Assembly: GCA_949297715.1 (NCBI GenBank)
Contig: CASFTJ010000002.1
Location: 103,112 to 127,111, forward strand
Direction of reading: 5' to 3'
Origin: an uncultured bacterium
GTDB taxonomy: Bacteria > Cyanobacteriota > Vampirovibrionia > Gastranaerophilales > Gastranaerophilaceae
Length of the DNA stretch: 24,000 bases
Numbering within the stretch: position 1 is the first letter of the stretch; every line of letters starts with the position of its first letter. The position numbers were made by a program, and so were the translations under genes. Positions 16,329 through 23,879 of the stretch are shown in pieces. The notes under the pieces are model-generated. The model was not told where the DNA came from. It was given only the letters and a program-made list of their open reading frames with translations, and made no database searches.

Positions 16329-16356
16329 TTGCATATATTTGAATTTTGGCTATAAT
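16329..16356 (+). promoter_or_regulatory. Candidate promoter for hup (TTGCAT-16-TATAAT)
   Basis: TTGCAT at 16329-16334 and TATAAT at 16351-16356, about 30 nt upstream of the ATG. Confidence 0.55.
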
Positions 16357-16388
16357 AAAGCATGTACATAAAGTAAAGGAGTTTGATT

Positions 16389-16667
16389 ATGAACAAAGAA
16401 GAGTTAGTACAAGAAGTTGCAAAAAAAGCTAATGTTACTCAAAAAGAAGCTGCAGAAGTAATTTCAGCTTGGGTTGATACAATCCAAAAAACAGTTGCTA
16501 AAGGTAAAAAAGTAACTTTAGTAGGCTTTGGAACTTTCGAAGCACGTAAAAGAGCTGCAAGAACCGGCAGAAACCCGCAAACTGGCAAGGAATTAAAAAT
16601 TCCTGCAAAAACAGTTCCTGCATTTTCAGCTGGTAAAAAATTCAAAACTGTTGTTAACGGAAAATAG
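16389..16667 (+). CDS. hup: DNA-binding protein HU, 92 aa
   Basis: The product reads MNKEELVQEVAKKANVTQKEA...GFGTFEARKRAARTGRNPQTGKELKIPA. AAAGGAG lies 7 nt upstream of the ATG at 16389; the track's TTG at 16383 is rejected. Confidence 0.93.
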   Translation: MNKEELVQEVAKKANVTQKEAAEVISAWVDTIQKTVAKGKKVTLVGFGTFEARKRAARTGRNPQTGKELKIPAKTVPAFSAGKKFKTVVNGK

Positions 16668-16691
16668 TTTAAGGATTTTAAAAGAAAGCTT

Positions 16692-16722
16692 AGGCGCCGA
16701 GCATTTGATCGGCGCCTTTTTT
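16692..16722 (+). terminator. Rho-independent terminator after hup
   Basis: AGGCGCCGA (16692-16700) pairs with TCGGCGCCT (16709-16717), followed by a T-tract. Confidence 0.85.
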
Positions 16723-16746
16723 AATTGTGGTTTTATTATAATTTGT

Positions 16747-17454
16747 TTATCTGTACCACGGATAATCAGATTTAAATTCCCAACCGTCTGACATTACTTT
16801 TATAGAACAAGAACGAGCATAGTCATTACTTTTTTTCACTTTTTCTTTTGTACAAAAACTTGCATCACGTCCATAGAGAAAACTTCCAAATCCGGCTATA
16901 ATACCTCTGCTTGTATCAATCTCAAATTGAAAAACATCAATGCCTATAATATTGGGATTTTTAGGTCCGTTTAAGTCTATTGAAAGTAATTGAACTTTTT
17001 TAGGATTATCTGCTGTAGAATTCGTATTATATGGTCTTATATATGCATAGGTTCCATCTCCATAAATAAATCCCGGAACATTAGTATATTGACCGAAATA
17101 TGAGTAATTTTTCAAATCTGAAACACTAGCATAATTGTGTATTTTGAATCCGCAATCTTCCATTGTTTCACATACCTGTAAAACTTTAAGATAAGGTTCC
17201 CAATATAATTTAAAGTAATTAAGATTTTCTTCATATGTACTTGATGGTTCCAGTGTTAGCCAAGTATCAGATGGCCCGTTGAATTCTTGTGAGAGTATTA
17301 GTGCTTGTGAAAATGTTGAATATGCCTTTTTTAGTTGTGCCGCAAACTGTTGTTTTTGATATTTTGTGACAAGTGATGGCAGTGTCATTGCTATTACTAC
17401 TCCTATTATGCCAATAGTTATTAAAACTTCTGCAAGTGTAAATGCCTTTTTCAT
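16747..17454 (-). CDS. Prepilin-type N-terminal domain protein (type IV pilin/pseudopilin-like), 235 aa
   Basis: The N-terminus is MKKAFTLAEVLITIGIIGVVIAMTLPSL (A|FTLAE plus a hydrophobic helix). An AGGAGG Shine-Dalgarno is present. The C-terminus carries a D-x-N-G...P-N...G-x-D-x-F motif and Cys pairs (CETMEDC; C-x16-C near the C-terminus). Paralogous to 1..351. Confidence 0.9.
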   Translation of the reverse strand: MKKAFTLAEVLITIGIIGVVIAMTLPSLVTKYQKQQFAAQLKKAYSTFSQALILSQEFNGPSDTWLTLEPSSTYEENLNYFKLYWEPYLKVLQVCETMEDCGFKIHNYASVSDLKNYSYFGQYTNVPGFIYGDGTYAYIRPYNTNSTADNPKKVQLLSIDLNGPKNPNIIGIDVFQFEIDTSRGIIAGFGSFLYGRDASFCTKEKVKKSNDYARSCSIKVMSDGWEFKSDYPWYR

Positions 17455-17496
17455 TAAGCCTCCTTTTTATAAATTTTTTTAAATGTGAATATATAT

Positions 17497-17530
17497 TATT
17501 TTATAAAATTTTATAATATTTTATAAAATA
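17497..17530. repeat. Three tandem 10-bp units (TTTTATAAAA / TTTTATAATA / TTTTATAAAA) forming a 34-bp quasi-palindrome
   Basis: The units occupy 17499-17508, 17509-17518 and 17519-17528. TATTTTATAAAA (17497-17508) is the exact inverted repeat of TTTTATAAAATA (17519-17530). Confidence 0.8.
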
Positions 17531-17556
17531 ATACTCAATATTATATATTTTGTCAA
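17528..17556 (-). promoter_or_regulatory. Candidate promoter for pilin-like gene 16747..17454 (TTGACA-17-TATTAT)
   Basis: On the minus strand: TTGACA (complement of 17551-17556), a 17-nt spacer, then TATTAT (complement of 17528-17533). Confidence 0.5.
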
Positions 17557-17580
17557 TATAGAGTAAAATAGGCTTATAAT
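17550..17580 (+). promoter_or_regulatory. Candidate promoter for the HTH gene (TTGTCA-19-TATAAT), implying a leaderless mRNA
   Basis: TTGTCA at 17550-17555 shares the same base pairs as the minus-strand TTGACA. TATAAT at 17575-17580 ends 6 nt before the ATG at 17587, and there is no Shine-Dalgarno. The 19-nt spacer is long. Confidence 0.4.
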
Positions 17581-17586
17581 GTTGCA

Positions 17587-17790
17587 ATGATAAAGATAAA
17601 ACTCAGACAACTTTTGTGGGATAAAGAAGTCACTGCAACTGCCGTTCACAAGGCAACGGGGATAAGCCAGTCTATATTGTCCGATATGGTAAGAGGTAAA
17701 AGAACTAATGTCGGATTAGATATAATAAATAAATTATGTGTTTATTTAGACTGCGATATTAATGATATTTTGGAATTTATTCCTGAGTAA
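17587..17790 (+). CDS. Small Cro/C1-type HTH regulator (YozG/HTH_26-like), 67 aa
   Basis: The segment VTATAVHKATGISQSILSDMVRGKRTNVGLDIINKLCVYLDCDINDILEF is a single HTH domain. The gene is divergent from the pilin-like gene. Confidence 0.8.
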   Translation: MIKIKLRQLLWDKEVTATAVHKATGISQSILSDMVRGKRTNVGLDIINKLCVYLDCDINDILEFIPE

Positions 17791-17797
17791 ATTTTGA

Positions 17798-18637
17798 TTA
17801 CAAATTTTCAAGAGCCGCAATTTTCATTGCGTTAAAATCGGGAGTTTGTCCAAACCAGATTTCCTGTGCGCTTATTGCCTGATAAATCAGCATGTCAAGA
17901 CCGTTAATTGTTCTTAACCCCAATTCTTCCGCTGTTTTAAGTAGAATTGTTTTTTTAGGATTGTAGATTACATCATAAACAATTCCGCTTTCTTTAAGTG
18001 TTTTTAAAACCGGTTTTTCAATTGGTGTCATATCGGCAGAACGCCCTTGCATTCCGATGGGGGTTGTATTTACAAGCATATTGTATTTTGACAAATCTCT
18101 GACCTGATCAATCTGGTATGCGTCAAATGTAATTTGCGGAAATTTTCTTCTCATATAAGCCATATAGTCCATTGCATTAGGTATATTTCTTGTGTAAACC
18201 CCGATATAATTTACTCCGCATTCGGATAGAGCGAGAACTGCAGCTCTGCTTGCACCGCCTGTTCCAAGTAATGCTACGGAAGAATTTTGCAAATTAATAT
18301 CTTTCGGAATGGCTTTTTTGAATCCCGAAGCATCTGTGTTGTAGCCTTTAAAAGTTTTGTCGGAACTTATTTTTACAGTGTTAATTGCGCCTGCAATATC
18401 TGCGTATTTGTCAACGCTGTCGACAAATAGTGAAATCGGAAGCTTAAGCGGAATTGTAACGTTAAATCCGGAATAATTTTCCCGCTTGAAAAATTTAACC
18501 CTGTCAACAAGGTTCTCTGGATCTGTTTCTAAAATTTGGTAGTCGGCTTTTATTCCGAGGCTTTCAAATCCGGCTTTATGAATGTACGCAGAAACCGAAT
18601 GCCCTAAGGGAAATCCTATAAGTCCGAATTTTTCCAT
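17798..18637 (-). CDS. aroE: Shikimate 5-dehydrogenase, 279 aa
   Basis: Contains the GLIGFPLGHSVS, NVTIPLK, GTGGASRA and NTTPIGM motifs. Confidence 0.92.
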   Translation of the reverse strand: MEKFGLIGFPLGHSVSAYIHKAGFESLGIKADYQILETDPENLVDRVKFFKRENYSGFNVTIPLKLPISLFVDSVDKYADIAGAINTVKISSDKTFKGYNTDASGFKKAIPKDINLQNSSVALLGTGGASRAAVLALSECGVNYIGVYTRNIPNAMDYMAYMRRKFPQITFDAYQIDQVRDLSKYNMLVNTTPIGMQGRSADMTPIEKPVLKTLKESGIVYDVIYNPKKTILLKTAEELGLRTINGLDMLIYQAISAQEIWFGQTPDFNAMKIAALENL

Positions 18638-18664
18638 ATTACCTCCTTTATTTTTGCAGAAATC

Positions 18665-21031
18665 TTAATTTTCTTCTGTTAAGTCGCTTGTGTCAGAAGT
18701 TTGTTCTTCTACTGTTTTGTATCCGCAGGAGCGGTTTGAGCATTCAATAGTGGTGCCTTTTTTAAGAACTTTTTTGACCAGTAATGCCCCGCAATCAGGA
18801 CAAGTTTCGCCTGTCGGCTCGTTCCACAATACAAAATCGCACTCGGGATACTTGTCACATCCGAAAAATACCGTTCCGCGTTTTGATTTTCTTTCTACGA
18901 TTAAACCTTTTCCGCATTTCGGGCAGGTTACACCTGTTGAGCGGCGGTAGGGTTTACGGAATTTACAATTTTCGTTTGTGCATTCAAGATATTTGCCATA
19001 CGGGCCTTGTTTGAACACCATACCTGAGCCGCATTTTTCGCATTTTTCTTCGCATTTTGGTTCTTTTGCAGGTTCGTCTTCCATATTCTCGGTAAGTGCA
19101 TTCATTGACATTACCGTTTTGCATTCGGGATACCCCGAACAGCCCAAAAATTGCTGGCCTTTTCTGCTTGTTTTTACTAACATCGGACGTCCGCAGTTCG
19201 GGCATTTGATGTTGCTTTCTATTTTTACACGCTCTGTATTGCCTAAAGCTTTGTTGACTTCCGCAATAAACGGCTCATAAAATTTTTCAAGAACTTCATT
19301 CCAAACAGCTTTCTTTTCTGCGATTTCGTCAAGTTTACTTTCCATTCCTGCTGTAAATTTATAATCCATTATATCTGCAAACTGGTTTACAAGCTGTTTT
19401 GAAACCGTCCTTCCTAAAAGTGTCGGATGTAGGGCTTTATCTCGTTTTTCTACGTATTTTCTGGTCTGAATTACAGTGATAATTGTTGCATAAGTTGACG
19501 GACGTCCGATTCCGTGTTCTTCCAGTGCTTTTACAAGGGAAGCTTCGTTGTATCTTGGAGGCGGCTGGGTAAAGTGTTGTTTCGGATTTATTTTTTTACA
19601 AACCACTTTGTCGCCTTTTTCAAGATCAGGAATTTTGCTCTCAGCTTCCTGTTCGTCTTCTTCCGCATCGTTATAGAGCTTTAAAAATCCGTCAAATGTT
19701 ACTTTTGAGGTGCCGGCTTTTAGTATGCAGTCGCCTGCTTTGATCTCTATTGATTTGTTTGCAATTTCTGCGTTTGCCATCTGGGAGGACATAAATTTGT
19801 TCCAAATTAGTTTGTAGAGTTTGAATTGGTCATTATCCAGATATTTTTTTATGCTTTCGGGGGTGCGCTCCGGGTAGGAAGGGCGAATCGCTTCGTGTGC
19901 GTCCTGAACATTTTGTTTCCCTTTGGTATATATGTTCGGAGTTTCGGGGTAGTATTTTTCGCCGTAATTGCTTAAAATAAAATCTTTTGCCATGCCTTGT
20001 GCATCATCTGATACCCTGACACTATCCGTTCTCATATAGGTTATTAAACCGACAGGGGTTCCGTCTATTTCTATACCTTCATATAATTTTTGAGCTATCT
20101 GCATTGTCTTTTGTACGCCAAAGCCAAGTTTTGAGCTTGCGGCTCTTTGCAGTGTGGAAGTTATAAAAGGTGCGGTCGGTTTGCGTTTGAGTGTTTTTTT
20201 CGTAACCTTATCAACTTCAAATTCTCTGTCGGGATTTTGAAGATAATCAACTATTTTTTGCGCTTCTTTCTGATTTTTAATCGTTTTTTCTATTGTTTTG
20301 TTTTTATATTTGGAAAGCTCCGCCTCAAATATTTTGCCGTCTTTGTCCAAATCAGCGTGTATTGACCAGTATTCCTGCGGAACAAAAGCTTCTATTTCAT
20401 CTTCTCTTTCGCAAATCATCCTTAAAGCAACCGATTGAACACGACCTGCTGAGAGATTTCTGTTGCCTATTTGTTTCCAAAGTACAGGGCTTAATTTGTA
20501 GCCTACGAGTTTGTCCAAAATCTGTCTGGTCTGCTGGGCTTTTACCATATCCATATCAATGCTTCTGGGGTTTTCTACAGAATATTTTACGGCTTTGGGG
20601 GTAATTTCGTTAAATACAATTCTTGCTATCTTTTCGTCCGGAACTTTTAAAAGCTGACGTACATGCCAGGCTATTGCTTCTCCTTCACGGTCAGGGTCGG
20701 AGGCAAGATATATTTTGTCTGCTTTTTGAGCCATGTCGTTTAATTTTTTTACAACGGCTTGTTTGCCTGGTATTATCTCAAATTTCGGCTTGAAATGATC
20801 CTTGATGTCAAAGCCAAGATTCTCGGTTGAGGGGTCTTTTGTCGGAAGATTTCTTACATGACCAAAGCTTGCTTCTATTGCAAAGCTGTCACCTAAAATC
20901 TTTCTAATAGTTTTCGATTTTGCGGGAGACTCGACTATTACAAGCGCTTTCTCTTTTTTAGATTTTGATTTTGTTGAACCTGCTGTTTCTGCGGCTTCGT
21001 CTGTCTTTTTTGCCGTTGCTGCTTTTGCCAT
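18665..21031 (-). CDS. topA: DNA topoisomerase I (type IA), 788 aa
   Basis: Contains TOPRIM (VESPAKSKTI, DPDREGEAI), the active-site region YMRTDS and four C-terminal C4 zinc-ribbon modules. A K/A/T-rich extension of about 28 aa precedes TOPRIM. Confidence 0.95.
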   Translation of the reverse strand: MAKAATAKKTDEAAETAGSTKSKSKKEKALVIVESPAKSKTIRKILGDSFAIEASFGHVRNLPTKDPSTENLGFDIKDHFKPKFEIIPGKQAVVKKLNDMAQKADKIYLASDPDREGEAIAWHVRQLLKVPDEKIARIVFNEITPKAVKYSVENPRSIDMDMVKAQQTRQILDKLVGYKLSPVLWKQIGNRNLSAGRVQSVALRMICEREDEIEAFVPQEYWSIHADLDKDGKIFEAELSKYKNKTIEKTIKNQKEAQKIVDYLQNPDREFEVDKVTKKTLKRKPTAPFITSTLQRAASSKLGFGVQKTMQIAQKLYEGIEIDGTPVGLITYMRTDSVRVSDDAQGMAKDFILSNYGEKYYPETPNIYTKGKQNVQDAHEAIRPSYPERTPESIKKYLDNDQFKLYKLIWNKFMSSQMANAEIANKSIEIKAGDCILKAGTSKVTFDGFLKLYNDAEEDEQEAESKIPDLEKGDKVVCKKINPKQHFTQPPPRYNEASLVKALEEHGIGRPSTYATIITVIQTRKYVEKRDKALHPTLLGRTVSKQLVNQFADIMDYKFTAGMESKLDEIAEKKAVWNEVLEKFYEPFIAEVNKALGNTERVKIESNIKCPNCGRPMLVKTSRKGQQFLGCSGYPECKTVMSMNALTENMEDEPAKEPKCEEKCEKCGSGMVFKQGPYGKYLECTNENCKFRKPYRRSTGVTCPKCGKGLIVERKSKRGTVFFGCDKYPECDFVLWNEPTGETCPDCGALLVKKVLKKGTTIECSNRSCGYKTVEEQTSDTSDLTEEN

Positions 21032-21038
21032 TTATACT

Positions 21039-22127
21039 TTATCCTACCCTTTTATATCTGTCGCCGTTGACTTGTTCTATTATGCCTTTAAGCTCCATGG
21101 TTGTCAAGTTGATTAAAAGCGTATCAAAATCAAGTCCGGTTTCTGTCATAATTTCGTCAACGCCTTTTTCTTCTATCTCTATTGATTTTAAAATTTTTTC
21201 TTCGGTTTCGTTTATATCGGTTAAATTTATTTTTAATTGCTCTGTTGTTTTAATTTCCCAATTTAGAGCTTCCAGAATATCAGTTGAGGATGTAACAAGG
21301 GTTGCGCCGTTTTTTAGAAGTTTATAAATCCCTTCCGTATTAGGGTTTGTGATAAGGCCTGGTATGCACATCAATTCTCTCCCTTGTTCTAAAGTCAGAT
21401 TTGCAGTAATTAAAGCGCCGCTTTTTATTGAAGCTTCCGCAACCAGAGTTCCGTATGAAAGCCCTGATACAATTCGGTTTCTTTGCGGAAATCTGAATTT
21501 CAAAGGTTCAAATGTCGGGTAATATTCCGTAAAAATAAGTCCGTTTCCGTTTTCGATTTTGCGGTATAAGTCTGCGTTTGCGGTTGGGTAAACAAAGTCA
21601 AACCCGCTTGCGATAACGCCTATTGTTTTTAAGCCGTTGTCTATTGCTGAAATATGTGCGCAAGTATCAATTCCGGAGGCAAGCCCTGAAACTATGCAGA
21701 TATCTGTGTTTGCAAGCTGTGAAATTATAAGATTTACTGCCTCTTTTGCATATTTGCTTGTCCTTCTTGAGCCGACTACTGCTAAAGTTTTTTCAAAATT
21801 TATGCTCTCTAAATCACCTTTGTAATAAAGTATTGACGGCGGATTATCAATGTTTTTAAGCATAAATGGATATCTTTCATCATCAAAAGTCAGATATTTT
21901 ATCCCTCGGTTTGTGACTTCGGACAAAACTTTTTCGGGATTCACTTTGTCACGCAATTTTAGAAAGTTCTCGGCTTTTTTAACACTTAAACCTTCAATAT
22001 TTTTTAAATCATTTGAAGAAGCACTGAAAGCTTTTTCGATATCTTTAAAATGTTCAAAAAGCTTCAGTGTAAAATGACTGTCAATTTGTTCTATTGATGA
22101 AAATGCTATCCAGTATTTACCTGTCAT
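21039..22127 (-). CDS. dprA: DNA-processing protein DprA/Smf, 362 aa
   Basis: Contains GSRRTS, GLASGIDTCAH and PQRNRIVSGLS, plus a C-terminal winged-helix-like tail. It sits upstream of topA, which is a common synteny. Confidence 0.9.
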   Translation of the reverse strand: MTGKYWIAFSSIEQIDSHFTLKLFEHFKDIEKAFSASSNDLKNIEGLSVKKAENFLKLRDKVNPEKVLSEVTNRGIKYLTFDDERYPFMLKNIDNPPSILYYKGDLESINFEKTLAVVGSRRTSKYAKEAVNLIISQLANTDICIVSGLASGIDTCAHISAIDNGLKTIGVIASGFDFVYPTANADLYRKIENGNGLIFTEYYPTFEPLKFRFPQRNRIVSGLSYGTLVAEASIKSGALITANLTLEQGRELMCIPGLITNPNTEGIYKLLKNGATLVTSSTDILEALNWEIKTTEQLKINLTDINETEEKILKSIEIEEKGVDEIMTETGLDFDTLLINLTTMELKGIIEQVNGDRYKRVG

Positions 22128-22893
22128 TGATCTGTTTCTTCTTAATTCTTTCCATTAAACTTTTTACGGAAGCTTTTTCTTTGTCCGGAATATTCATTTC
22201 GCAATATGATTCAAAATATTCAAGCGCATCATCGTAATCCCCTCTTGCCAAAAATAAAATTGCAGCTTTTTTGTAGGCCGGACTGCAAGAATCGTTTACT
22301 GCAATTGCTTTTAAAAAGTTTGACAATGCTTTATCAATTTCGTCATTTGCTTCGTAAGCTTCTCCAAGATAAAAGTAAATCCATTCGTTGTTGTCTTTGT
22401 ATTCCAGAACATTTTCAAAGTTTTCTGCTGCAAGTGCGTAGTTTCCGAGTTCAAAATGTACTTTGCCTAAATCATAATAAGCATCATAATTTTCAGGCTG
22501 TTTTTCAAGAATTTTTTCCAGTTCATCAATTGCTAAATCCAGCCTTGCATCCTCCATGTAAAATCTTGCAAGGTAATGCGCAATAGTCATTTCTTCAGGC
22601 ATTTCGTAAATACCTTGAGATAGCAGTTGAATTCCGCTGTCAAAGTCGCGCATTTTATAATATACGTCTGCAAGATTTATGTAAACTTGCGGAAGCTTCG
22701 GATTCAGCTTTATTGCTTTTAGAAAATTATCTTCGGCCTTTTCCATATTGCCTAAATTGTAATAGCAAAGCCCGATGTTATTCCTTATTTCTGCAGTGTC
22801 CTGCCCTTTTTCTACAACGGATGAAAATACGTCCAGTGCTGTTTTATAATCTTGTTTTTTAAATGCTTCTAAGGCTTGTTCTGTTTTTGTCAT
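22117..22893 (-). CDS. Tetratricopeptide-repeat protein, 258 aa
   Basis: Successive 34-aa TPR units are visible (e.g. NIGLCYYNLGNMEKAEDNFLKAIKLNP and YINLADVYYKMRDFDSGIQLL). The 3' end overlaps the dprA start by 11 nt. Confidence 0.85.
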   Translation of the reverse strand: MTKTEQALEAFKKQDYKTALDVFSSVVEKGQDTAEIRNNIGLCYYNLGNMEKAEDNFLKAIKLNPKLPQVYINLADVYYKMRDFDSGIQLLSQGIYEMPEEMTIAHYLARFYMEDARLDLAIDELEKILEKQPENYDAYYDLGKVHFELGNYALAAENFENVLEYKDNNEWIYFYLGEAYEANDEIDKALSNFLKAIAVNDSCSPAYKKAAILFLARGDYDDALEYFESYCEMNIPDKEKASVKSLMERIKKKQINDR

Positions 22894-22901
22894 TTTTTCT
22901 C

Positions 22902-23879
22902 CTATAATCCAAGCGTCATATCGTCATCATCATCGCTGTCGCCGATGTTTTTGATTACGGTTCTGGTGTTGCCTTCGGCATGGAAATCTTTCGGATTAAT
23001 TATCATTCGTATTTTGTCTGCGTAAATTGTTCTGGGACCTTGAGTTATGCTTGAGCGGCCTACAAAATATACTTCATTAGGCTTCTTGGTCACTTTGTCT
23101 GGATATACCGCAATTTTAGGCCCCTGTGCAAAATAATCCTGATACCAGACTTTTACATCTCCGCTTGCATTAAATGTGTTTGTGTCTTGTGAATATTCCT
23201 GCATTTTGGATTTTAAGGTTAATGTTTCCCCGTTATCCATTGTGGCATTTGATGTTGTGTTGCCTGTTGCAGTTAAAATTTTGGTTGATGCATCATAGAA
23301 AAATTTATCCGCAAATGATTCGTTTTCTTCTCTTTTTACCCTTGCGTTTCCGATAAGTTCAAGATTTTGTAAATCTCCGTTCTTTGTCGTTTTAATTATT
23401 GCTTTATTTGAGAAGGTTTCTATCTCTTTATATAAAATTGTAACTGCACCGGTTGCTGTCATTACGCCTGTTTTGGTGTCGTATTCCTGTACGTCTGCGT
23501 TAATTACGACTATAGGTTTTTTACCTTCAAATACTATTGATTGTGAATCCCCTTCGGCTCTTACAATTTTTGTGATAAGTGAAAGCTTTAAAATATTTGC
23601 TTTAACTTCTCTTTTTTTGTTTTTGGTTATCTGATATGCGTAAGGCTTGTCGTAAAATGTTGCAGTGTCAAGCTTTTGATCCTTCGTAACACCTACATCA
23701 GCTTTTTGTCCTTCAACTTTTATATCGCCTACTGTTACTTTTACATCCCCGTTAAATTTTATCTTGCTGTCTTCTTCATTATAAGTCTGTGTTTTAGACT
23801 CAATAACAAGATCCGCCGCTTGAGTCGCAGCGCCAAATATTAACAGTATAGCTGCAAGAGATATTAAAACTCGTTTCAT
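22902..23879 (-). CDS. Periplasmic LptA/OstA-like protein, about twice the usual length, 325 aa
   Basis: Signal peptide MKRVLISLAAILLIFGAATQA. OstA-type beta-jellyroll-like segments recur along the protein (IKFNGDVKVTVGDIKVEGQKADV, GAVTILYKEIETFSNKAII, SGDVKVWYQDYFAQGPKIAV). Acidic tail DSDDDDDMTLGL. Confidence 0.7.
   Translation of the reverse strand: MKRVLISLAAILLIFGAATQAADLVIESKTQTYNEEDSKIKFNGDVKVTVGDIKVEGQKADVGVTKDQKLDTATFYDKPYAYQITKNKKREVKANILKLSLITKIVRAEGDSQSIVFEGKKPIVVINADVQEYDTKTGVMTATGAVTILYKEIETFSNKAIIKTTKNGDLQNLELIGNARVKREENESFADKFFYDASTKILTATGNTTSNATMDNGETLTLKSKMQEYSQDTNTFNASGDVKVWYQDYFAQGPKIAVYPDKVTKKPNEVYFVGRSSITQGPRTIYADKIRMIINPKDFHAEGNTRTVIKNIGDSDDDDDMTLGL

Noticed and set aside
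16830-16836. Homopolymer runs (A7/T7 at 16830-16836 inside the pilin-like gene; T7 at 17474-17480 in its 5' region) as possible slipped-strand phase-variation tracts
   Set aside because: Seven-base runs are common in DNA this AT-rich and are short for efficient slippage. There is no evidence of length heterogeneity from a single sequence.
17488-17549. Short AT-only palindromes (AATATATATT at 17488-17497; AATAT-TAT-ATATT at 17537-17549) as specific operators
   Set aside because: Five-bp arms made only of A/T are expected by chance at this composition. They are mentioned only as context, not called as sites.
352-17586. Possibility that the pilin/HTH cassettes are mobile elements or invertible (fimS-like) promoter switches
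   Set aside because: No recombinase, integrase or transposase, and no flanking direct repeats, are visible in the window. The inverted repeats present are internal AT palindromes, not IRs bracketing a promoter.
17789-17807. AAATTT...AAATTT inverted repeat between the convergent HTH and aroE stops as a terminator
   Set aside because: It is a six-bp, AT-only stem and too weak to call.
18690-19280. Several plus- and minus-strand ORFs within the topA zinc-ribbon region, and others at 20147..20604 and 20965..21327
   Set aside because: They overlap the strongly supported topA and dprA CDSs and have no motifs or ribosome-binding sites. Treated as shadow ORFs.
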